From assembly GCF_009914755.1 (NCBI RefSeq), contig NC_060946.1: a DNA stretch of 64,000 bases. One strand, given 5' to 3'. The notes under the pieces are model-generated. The model saw only the letters and a program-made list of their open reading frames with translations. It was not told where the DNA came from and did not search any database. A program made the translations under genes and the position numbers. This document shows positions 48,920 through 64,000 of the stretch, piece by piece (position 1 is the first letter of the stretch; each line of letters opens with the position of its first letter). This DNA is from the human T2T-CHM13v2.0 reference genome, Homo sapiens.

Positions 48920-49281
48920 TAGGAACATGCCAACATGCCTGGCTAATTTTTGTGGTTTTTTTTGCATGTACGTAGAGATGGGGTTGCGTCATGTTGCCCA
49001 TCTTGAATTCCTGGGCTCGAGAGATCCGCCTGCCTCAGCCTCCCAATGTGCTGGGATCACAGGTGTGAGCCACCTTGCCCAGCCATTTCTTTTGTGTAGT
49101 ATGGAATCTTAGTTTAAGCCCTCAGTTTAAATGTATTATATAATTGAGGTGCTAGGTGTACAGAGGTACTAGAACTACAGAGCTTTTCTCATTAATGTAT
49201 GTTCCTTCTGATGTTGAATATTTAGAAAACTGAATATTGTGTTTGGAGCCAAGGGATATTACACTTGAAATATGGTCATTT

Positions 49282-49359
49282 GGTGAACAGGTATCTCATT
49301 TGTAGGCTATCATTATTTTTGGTGAACAGGTATCTCATATGTAGGCTATCATTAATTTT
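49282..49359. repeat. 39-bp tandem duplication
   Basis: GGTGAACAGGTATCTCATWTGTAGGCTATCATTAWTTTT twice. Confidence 0.95.
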
Positions 49360-49599
49360 GGCAGTTTCACATTAAAATACCTGCCTGGAAATACCTGCCC
49401 AGTTTTGCCAGTAATGGGAATTGCAGGTTAACCGTTGGTCTTCTATATGTGGCTCTATGATGTGGACAAGACTTATAGCTCTTTACTTTAACTGAGACAA
49501 CAATGTTGGTGATCGAAGTCTAGAATTCCAGGATAGGGTTGCCAAAATTAACACCGTGGGAGTATGGAGGTAGCAACTGTGGGATTAGTAATACAAATA

Positions 49600-50010
49600 C
49601 AATTTTAATTAGCTTTATCAGTTGCACACTTAATCTTCATTGCTACCTTGTGAAGTAGGCACGGCAGGCTGTATATTGTTACTTCTACTTTACAAGTAAG
49701 TAAATTGTGTTTCATAGCTGTCAGGACTTACCTGAGGTTGCACTGCTAGTGAGTAGCTGAAATAGTACTTGAGTCCAGACATCAGGTTGGATGCTGTTTC
49801 CACTTTTGCAGTTCACTGTCGTGAATAAGAGCTCAGGCTTGGGTTTGAATTGTGGTTCTACCACTTACCTGTCTGTGATCTTGGGGAAGTTCTTTAACTT
49901 CTCTGAGTCTCAGGTTTAAAATGGGGCTAACAATAATACCTCTTAGGGCTCTTGTGAGATTTCAGCAAGTGCTTATAATATCAGATAACCAATAGTAAGC
50001 ACTCAGTATT
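49600..50010. mobile_element. MIR SINE remnants (others at about 7580-7830, 17650-17850, 24350-24500, 26840-27025, 54830-54990)
   Basis: MIR core motifs such as TGTGATCTTGGGGAAGTTCTTTAACTTCTCTGAGTCTCAG. Confidence 0.7.
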
Positions 50011-50523
50011 TGCTAATTGTGGTTGTTTCTACTGTTATTAAAGTGATAACAACACTACAGTTACACATCCTCTTTCCCCTAAGGATCTGTGTTAAGAGTT
50101 GAAAGACAATAAATGTAAGAAGCAAAAATATTCAAAGATGATAGAATAAGTAGCAAGGGGAGTTGATTTTAGCAGGAAGATGGACAATGTTCAGAGGGGT
50201 ATGTGTGTGTGTTGTGTGTGTGTGTCTTGGTTTTAAACATGGTAGCAGTTAGACAATGAAGTTACAAGTGTGTTAGACAGTTGGAGCTTTAGGACAGGGT
50301 TGAGTAGGAGGACCAGTGTTGGAGGAAAACTTTTTAATCACCATCACAGATGGCATATGGAAATTTACATTTCTACCAAGATTTAAACATACCAATTTGC
50401 TATCCTCTGTTATGGTTCTTAGAGCTATTGTTACATCAGAATGGAGTAAGAAGCTTATCATACATTTTTCATTTTTAGTGGTTATACAGAGAACAATACA
50501 GAAAGTCAGCATATATCCTACTA

Positions 50524-50766
50524 CAGTTTATCCTTGGTATACTTGGGGGATGGGTTCCAGGACCCCCACATACACCAACATCTGGGCATACTTAAGTCCC
50601 CCAGATGCCCCTGTGGAACCTGCCTATATGAAAAGCTAGCCCTTGGCCTGCTGTATATATAGGTTTCACATCCCGAGAATACTTTTTCCATCCACATTTG
50701 GTTAAAAGAAATCCGCACATGAGTGGACCTGTGCAGTTCAAACCCCTGTTGTTCGAAGGACAACTG
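50524..50766 (-). mobile_element. MER8 (Tigger2-derived MITE)
   Basis: Ends CAGTTTATCCTTGGTATAC... and ...AAACCCCTGTTGTTCGAAGGACAACTG, flanked by TA/TG; about 240 bp. Confidence 0.85.
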
Positions 50767-51577
50767 TGTAAATAAAAGGGTGGTCCCTCTCCTTAAAATT
50801 TCATAGTTGATACTTGTATCATAGTTGATATATAGTAGTTGATACTATGAAAATTTCATAGTTGATAAAGTTTCATAGTTGAGCCCTTTTACCATGTGTG
50901 TAAGTCTTAAGGGCTAGGGAATTCAGAAGTATAAGTTACAGGGTTGTATCTTTTGGTGCTTGAGTCCTTTCCTTTGGATAAGGTACTTCCTTGATGTAAG
51001 GTAATGTTCTTTCAAGCATTTTAAATTAAATGAAGTTGTTTGAATTTACTTGTTGGGGAATATCTTGCCTTTAATATAATAGCTGCTATGTGGAATTATG
51101 TATTTTATGTATTCGGTGTTTTTGAACTTGCATCTTTTATTACTGTATTTTTACAGCTTTCCCCATTTTTGATATTAAAACAATTTTATGGGGTTTTGGT
51201 GCATATTTTAAATTTGTGCACTAAACACTTGCAAAAGCATATTTTAAATTATGGCAAGTTTCCTAAACCTGTTAACCTTTTATATATTAGCTGTTACATA
51301 TTAACTTTTTTCAAAGTCATTATATATCCTTCTACTGACAAATGTCAAACAAGTTCTGAGCATCTGAAAGTCTAGATTCATCCAGAGTTTGCTCAGGATG
51401 GCATTTTTTTTGTTTTTCTTTTGAGGTGGGGTTCTCATTGTGTTTTCTACGCTGGCCTTTAACTCCTTGGATCAAGCAGTCCTCCTGTGTCAGCCTGCCA
51501 GGTAACCGGGACTAGGTGTGTACCACTGTGCCAGGCTTGTTTTCAAAGTTCATAGGAAAAACTTTGGTGTCTTCTAA

Positions 51578-52147
<570 letters not shown>

Positions 52148-52540
52148 TAAAAATTTGGCTGGTGTGGTGGCTCATGCCTGTATCCCAGCACTTTGGGAGA
52201 CAGAGGCAGATGGATCACTTGAGGCCAGGAGTTCGAGACCAGCCTGGCCAACATGGTGAAACCCCGTCTCTACTAAAAACACAAAAATTAGCCGGGCATG
52301 GTGGCGTGCATCTGTAATCCCAGCTACTCGGGAGGCCGAGGCAGGAGAATTGCTTAAACCAGGAGACGGAGGTTGCAGTGAGCTGAGATTGCGCCACTGC
52401 ACTCCAGCCCAGGTGACAGAGTGAGACTCGGTCTCAAACAAACAAAATCCAAAAACATCCTAAAAATTACAAAATTTGGCCAGGCGTGATGGGTCACACC
52501 TGTAATCCCAGCACTTTGGGAGGCCAAGGCGGGTGGATCA

Positions 52541-52798
<258 letters not shown>

Positions 52799-54320
52799 CT
52801 AAAACCCATTACTAAAGCTACTTACTAAAGAGTAGATGTTTTCCCCCTTCACCGATAGTTGATGGACCGTCAGAGAATCCTTGAGTATCTCAAGCTTTTA
52901 CTTAACTTCAGAGTTCTTACCTGAGACAGAAAAGTTGAGTTTTCTTTCCTCAAGGGCATAAAAAATTTTAAATGTACCCATTTGCATAAAATCTACTCAA
53001 AGAAAATTATCAAGTGATTTTACAGGATATTTTTGGATGCTTGCACATAAGAGAATCTTTTAACAAAACTGCTTAACCTCCTTTGTATTATTCATTCCCT
53101 CTCTTACTAAAACAAGTGAATGGCTTGCTTGGATGTGTATCTGTATCTTTTTTTTTGATACACACTTTGAAGGAGTCTTCTGAAATGCAGTGTTTTGGCC
53201 ACCATTCCAGCTCTACAGGAATATGGTTTCATGATAAAGCCAACAAAGAGCACACTGGCAGCAGTCCAGCAGCTGACTCACCAAGGAGTAATGATAGACA
53301 CTTTGAAAGGAGTGACCTGTCTCAGGATCTCACATTTCAAAGCTTCGTGCTATGATTACATTGGTAGAAGGCAGCCAAGAAATCTAGATGAGATCTTGCT
53401 TGTACCTCCTAAGAGTAATGGTATATAGGTAGGAAGGACTTCCACAGTCGGATGCAAGTAAGATTTTTTTTCCTAACAACCTTGTAAAACCTGGGGGTGG
53501 GAAACAAGTTGAGGATTCAGAATGGGAGTAACCGTGGTGGAAGCTTTCCTTCTACGGACCTGGATGAGAACAGCCTTATAGTGACTGAGGGTAACTCAAG
53601 AAGTTCAATGCCATATTAGTTTTCTAGAGCTAAGGGAATATACATAGTTTAGTAGTAAGCACAAGTATCGTGTTCATGTCAGACACTGTAGCTACTGCTT
53701 CCTACTAGAACAGACCAGAAGAAACCAAAGCAAGACCAGAATCATTTCAGTTTTGAGGAACAGACCCTTTCCTTACTAGCATTGCACACTTTAGGAGTAA
53801 AAATAGAATGAAAGTGGATTTGCTTCAGTACTCTGAAATAGTTAACTGTTGATTGTTTTGGTGGATTAGAGTGATTGCAGCTCTGTTTCTAAATTGAATT
53901 TCATGGCTATACGTTGTTCTAGGTGGCAAATTAATCTTTTATCAGTACCACAAATTGATTGTTGGCCCTTTGCGGAAATAGCAGGAATATGTCTTTTTCA
54001 TTTTGTTGAAGGGTAGCTCAGAGATAAAACATTTACATAATCTGAAAATATTTTTCAGAGATAAGACTAAGTGACTGTGTATACCACAGTGATAGATTGA
54101 TCCACTTTGATTATTGTAGAACTTTCTATTTCTCAGTAAAAAGTGCTAAACATGGTAAAATTATGAAGGATTGCTTTTAGCTATTTGCTGTATTCTTTAA
54201 AGCATATTTAGGAATAAAAAGTTAATTTCCAAAGTGCTGTCATTTATTTAATACATGTTTTCTCCAGAATGTGCTTCCCAAAAGTTAAGAGTGCTTTTAT
54301 TTATTTAAGAAATATGTTAA

Positions 54321-54353
<33 letters not shown>

Positions 54354-55203
54354 GAGACAAATTCTCACTCTGTTGCCCAGGCTGGAGTGCAGTGGCACAG
54401 TCTACTGCAGCCTCGACCTTCCAGGCTCCCACGACCTTCCCAGGCCCAAGCCATCCTCCCAATTTAGCCTCCACCATGCTCAGCTGAGTTTTTATTTCTT
54501 GTAGAGACTGAGTATTGCCGTATTGCCCAGACTAGTCTCAAACTCCTGGGCTTACTGTGCCTGGCCCACAAGAAATATGTTACTTTTTTTGAGATTTTTG
54601 TATAATTTGAGAACACAGATTATTTGCCCTACTCCCCCAACCCCCAGTGATACAGACCTGGTTTCATTGCACTGAGAGAAAAAAATTAGTTTCTTAATTT
54701 ACGTTGCGTTTCTGCCTTTTTGAGATTGAGTGCTTTGACTTTTCTCTTGTTTTTGTATTTGCTGTATATGTGTTGTTCCTACTTAATTTCTTATATGGTT
54801 TAAACTTGCATCTGTAAATTATTTATTAGCTAGCTTTATGACTTGGGCAAGTTACCTTATCTCTCTGCTCCTTAGTTTCCCTCTTTATAAAATGAGGATA
54901 ATAATATTACCTACTTTGTAGAGTTGAGTAAGATTAATGACTAATAAATGGTGAAGCACTTAAAAGAGGGCTCTATACATGTTGGCTGTTAAAATTATAA
55001 GCGAGGACCTGGACTTCTCCCCTCCATTAATTGTAACTCTTCATTTTTATAATTTTTTCATAAATAGTATGTCTCTCAGCATATAACAGAACTTTGTATT
55101 AAGGAATAATAAATATCACCATGTATGTAATTCTTTATTATAAACATAAATTTGCTTCTTGTTAAAAACAGAGTATCATTTTCTTGCCTCAGATCGAGCT
55201 TGA

Positions 55204-55556
<353 letters not shown>

Positions 55557-56120
55557 TTATAGGTACCCACACACCACTGAATGTAGGTCATCGTTTAAAA
55601 TCTGAGTGTACATCCAAATCCAGTGCAGTTATGTAGAACAAAACAGTTTGTATGGAACTAGAAGTGTTACTGGAAAGGTAAATACTGTAGTTGGTAGTAA
55701 ACTGATCAGTTAAAGTGATGGATCAGCAAAGATTTGGGGGTTGCTGGTTTTTATTTAACACTCAGTTGTTTCAGAGTGATTACTCCTGAAACAAAGTTAT
55801 TTCGAACATAGATGTGTTAAGAAATTTCATATTCCTTTCCACTTAAACCTCTTGAGAAAGGAAGCATTTCTTCAGGGAGAGTTAGCTATGTGAGTGCTAC
55901 ATGAATTTTAGTCATTACTGTGGCGACTATATGATAACCAAAAGTAGGAGTCTCACACTTTAGTTTCAAATTTGTGCTGTTATTGAGTAAATTTTTAAAA
56001 TGAGATTGCCCTCTTTCTTGCTAAACTGTCATATATATAAGCCCATTAAATTGACTTTTATGCCTCTTTTCCTTTTTTTTTTTTTTAACCTGTTAAGACT
56101 TTTTTTTTCTTTCTCATATT

Positions 56121-56210
56121 TACCCCTGCCTAAGCAAGGCCTCAACTCTCCACGGAAATCTTTAGTAAAAGGCAAAAAGATTTATTCATTATGAAGAGAA
56201 ACCAGAGCAT
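56121..56210 (-). pseudogene. U5 snRNA retropseudogene (U5F-like 5' end) with an internal deletion
   Basis: Reverse complement ATGCTCTGGTTTCTCTTCATAATGAATAAATCTTTTTGCCTTTTACTAAAGATTTCCGTGGAGAG|TTGAGGCCTTGCTTAGGCAGGGGTA. Invariant loop I GCCTTTTAC is intact; an A-rich tail follows at about 56100-56120. Confidence 0.92.
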
Positions 56211-56650
56211 GTGTGACAGGACTTTCTGTAATTATAAGTTAGTGGTTCAGTGCCAGGGGTTAGATTTTCTTAACTTTTATGTTTAGTAGGATTATTGATA
56301 ATTCCTAAGTTGTATCCTTAAATCATATTTTTTGAACATTAGGGATCTGCGTCCAACACTTAATTATACTAGTAAAAGGAATAGAACATGCACTGGATTT
56401 CTTGTTTTTGAGATTCTTTCATTCCTGCCCTACCCCAGGCAGGAGGTCTGTCTGCAGTGGAAGAGAATGAAACCAGAATGAGGCCAAACAAGTAAAGAGG
56501 AGCATGAGATAGAGATGGATCCCATGGCACTGTGCCTTTGAGGCCCTGGTCCTGAAGTTTTTTTCCTTGTTTCTACGCAGCATCTCATTATCCTGTGAGC
56601 CATCAAATTCTGATTTTTGGGCTGGGTGTGGTGGCTCGCACCTGTAATCA

Positions 56651-56986
<336 letters not shown>

Positions 56987-57665
56987 TTAATGTTAGTCTG
57001 ACCATTTCTCCAGTGGGCTTTCTACGTATTTAAAAAATAGTTTGGACTTTAATCTCAGGGTAAACAATATATATAGGTACACTCAGTTTATATATGAGAT
57101 AATATTCAGGATCAGTGGAGTGAAAATAGTAAAGTATCTTCCATTTTTCAATGGCTTAGAGGGAAAAGTGTTCATAATGGGTATAGAATTAATCAGTATT
57201 CCTTTCCCATTATTTATGCCTATACAGTGTAGAAGTTTCCCTTAAAGAGCTTATCACCATAATAAGTACAATAGCAAAGATATAAAGTCAGTACTTTTCA
57301 CTGATTAGGCATAAATATCCTCTTTATTGTTTTCTTACAAAGTAGCTATGATAAACATATAAAAGGGTCAGAAAGAGAGGGGAGAAAAACTCGGTGAAAA
57401 GTCAGACAAGAGGAAATGAAGAGGTGAGGTATGTATAGTAAGCATTAGTGAACTTGTAGTAATTGCTTTAGGTTCCATGGATTGCCCACTTGTGGATTAA
57501 ATGTTAGACTTCTGCAAAATGAGTTGATGGTAGAGATGAAGAAAAGTCTTAATTTGTTTTCTTTATGCTAAGGTTAAAGTTGATGTGGCTAATTAGGTAT
57601 TAAGATCAGTTTTCCTGTCTTTTTATTATTTATTTATGTTTATGAATGAATGAATGAAGAAATGA

Positions 57666-58043
<378 letters not shown>

Positions 58044-58859
58044 TGAGTACCTAAAAGATTCAGAATTGGAAGGCCTTAATAGGATCAATGTGTAGGAGCT
58101 GCAGAGAATATGAAGGACTTTTAAATATTCCAGTCCCAAAATAAACTTCACCATTGGCCAAGATTGTGGTAAGCTAAGTATTTGAGATGTCTGTGCTACA
58201 TCATCCAACTCTTGGCCTGAACTGTTTTAGCTGGCTTGCCTATGTAAATTGAAACTTCCTTTAATACTTAACTGTGAGTTAAACATAGTTCTGGAGCTCC
58301 ATCGAAAGGGTCTTAGTCAGCCAGGCACAGTGGCTTACACCTGTAATCCCAGCATTCTGGGAAGCCGAGGCGAGAGAATCACTTGTGAGGCCTGGAGTTT
58401 GAGACCAGCCTGGGCAACATTGCAAGACCCCCTCTACAAAATAATAATAATAATTATTATCCAGCTGTGGTGGTGCTCACCTATAGTCCCAGCTACTCAG
58501 GAAGCTGAGGTAGGAGAGTTGCTTGAGCCCAGGACATCAAGACAGCAGTGAGCCATGATTGCACCACTGCACTCTAGCCTGGGTAACAGCGAGACTCCCG
58601 TCTCAAAACAAAAACAGAAACAAAGGGTCTTAGTTATACAGATCTTCTTAATCATTCCTAAAGCGTACATTCCAAGTTTATATTTACAGTAAAGTGATCT
58701 ATATCCCAAAACATGTTTCCACTGGTTACTAATTTGGGGCAAGTCATTAACTTCTCAGAGCCTTCTGTAACTAAGATTTAGGGAAAATACTGGTCTTAAC
58801 CAGAGCACATATGTATACCTTTGACTCTTTTTGCTGCCACATGGTTAAAAAATCAGCCT

Positions 58860-62020
<3,161 letters not shown>

Positions 62021-63391
62021 CATGGTAAGACTAATTTAACTTTTTATAAATACAAGGTTTGCATGATAAAGGCTATTATAGCCTACTTCATAAATTAATA
62101 CATTGCATTCTGCGGGCAGTGTTTTGCACCATTTGTCCTGGCTTAGCTGATATTCATGTTCTAATTGTTCATTACAGGATTTTGTGTAAATAAATAAATG
62201 TTTAGCCTTTGTAATGGGATTGTTAATAGTACCCTGGATCTGCTACTTTACCAATTGCTCCCTAATGCCTACAGTTGATTGCCAACACTATCTCACTGCC
62301 CCCTGTAACTGCAGTAGTTTGAGCTTTAAGATACAATGTCACTAATTATGGATTATTCTGTTCTTGTTCTACAATATCCCAATATCTTCAGCAAAGGATT
62401 CTGTATTGGCTCCCACCAGCTGGTATTTACTAGAATGTGGAAATAATTCAAACAGGAGGACTGTGCTTTTGAAAACCTGCTTTAACATTAGAAGAGGAAA
62501 AGTGATTGTAAATGGCTATTTTTCATGTAAGGGAGGGATTAAATTTTCATATCTATTGTTTAAAGAAATCTGTAGCCAAAGGTGTCTGTTTTTAGTTGGG
62601 TCATTGTTTAGGACTATAGACTTCAGTTTTGTATTCTTAGTAATATTAACCCCTTCACCTCCCCTGATAACCCAAGAAAAGATCCTTCGTATAAGATTTT
62701 AAAAATTGCACCAGAGGAGCCAAGTGGCTCATGCCTGTAGTCCCAGCTACTCACTACTTGGCAGGCTGAGGTGGGAGTATTGCTTCACCCCAGGAGTTCA
62801 AGGCCCAAGGCCAGCCTGGGCAACACAGGGAGAACGCGTCTCTTAAAAACAAACAAACAAAAAAATTGCACTGGGATTTGCATTAAAAGTTGCAATACAT
62901 ACCTAGTATGTTTTCTAATCATAATGTGCAATTTTAAAAAAAAGTGTAATTTTTATCTGCCTTCTAATTTGAGCCTTTATTGTTCACCAGTAGGTTTATT
63001 TCACTGGAACAAGTCTTTGTGCCATATTTGGCATCACCAAAGGAATAGTGCCAGTATTTATTGACAAATGAGGACAAATAGTTTTTCCACATTCTATTGC
63101 CATCATTGTTACTAGGTAAACAATAGAAGCTTATAAAAATATTGTGCATTTAATACCTTTTTGGTTTCCTTTTATACTTGTCAAAAGTCATTTATACATA
63201 AATTGACATACTGTGTCCATGATATGTATGGATAAGTAAGATCTTTTTGTAGCTTGAATATCTTATGAGTAAATAGCATTTCCTAACTATTAAATGGGAT
63301 TTGAATAGCTGTCAAGGGATTACTTGATACAGAGAAGTTGCTAATTTATTTTGAAATTGTAAAATACATTTTCCCCTCTGAAATCACGAAA

Positions 63392-63519
63392 TGCCTCATA
63401 TTGCTAATGCAGTGAGTTTAAGTGTTTAATTTAGAAAAAATTAGTAACTGCTGGTTGCCTCATAGTGCTAATGCGGTGAGTTTAAGTGTTTAATTTAGAA
63501 AAAATTAGTAACTGCTGGT
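63392..63519. repeat. 64-bp tandem duplication
   Basis: Units 63392-63455 and 63456-63519 differ at 2 positions. Confidence 0.97.
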
Positions 63520-64000
63520 GTTATTTGGCATGAGATGAACCTGGAAGGGAAGTGTTGAGGGGCATCATCTGTACTTGGCACTGTTTAGAACTTTCTTTAG
63601 AGGTGTATAGTGCTTTCTTACACTAATATTCCAGTGTATGCCTGAATAGCACTTTTCTTCTTGTACTGAAAAATAAGTCCATGGTGTTAAGCAGGCATCT
63701 CTAAAGTGGCCATCTGATTTAAAATAGCTTCCATAAGTTTTAATTAATTTTGCATGTTTTAGTTTCTCTTTTTGATAGCAGGTAGTAGCTCTCTGAAGCA
63801 TTCCTTCTGCCTTGAAACATCTTTCTTTTTCATATATTTGCCGTTTTCCTTTGTGAGACTTAGGCTTATAATACAATAAATATTTAAGTGCCACCTATTT
63901 ACTAGGCACTGTTAGGTTATAGGCTCTGTAGATGTAGTGGTGAACAAGATCTCCGTTGTTACTCAGTTTGTAGACTATGAAGGAAAAGGAGTAAGGGTTG

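Noticed and set aside
53083-53428. Two overlapping ORFs in repeat-free sequence
   Set aside because: Non-ATG starts, no recognisable homology, no exon boundaries.

Overview
Hominid genomic DNA, most likely human, since it carries an SVA retrotransposon and about 65 Alu copies or fragments counted by eye. Bases 1-28.3 kb are repeat-rich intergenic sequence. A CpG-island promoter and non-coding first exon (about 28548-28733, + strand, donor CCG|GTAAG) follow, and the remaining 35 kb or so is intron 1. From memory the exon matches the MTMR3 5'UTR (chr22q12); this is not verified by a search. No protein-coding exon is supportable: the ORF track is explained by Alu, SVA, L1, Hsmar1, Charlie and GC-rich sequence. 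Notable items are a 3'-truncated SVA with a duplicated hexamer head nested in an Alu, a near full-length Hsmar1 mariner with both TIRs, and a tailless U6 retrocopy. There is also a U5 snRNA retrocopy lacking its Sm-site segment, a templated 236-bp local duplication, two loci where Alus hit the same target twice, and two uORFs in exon 1. I see no evidence of a new multi-gene biological system. Repeat subfamily names and boundaries are by eye and approximate.
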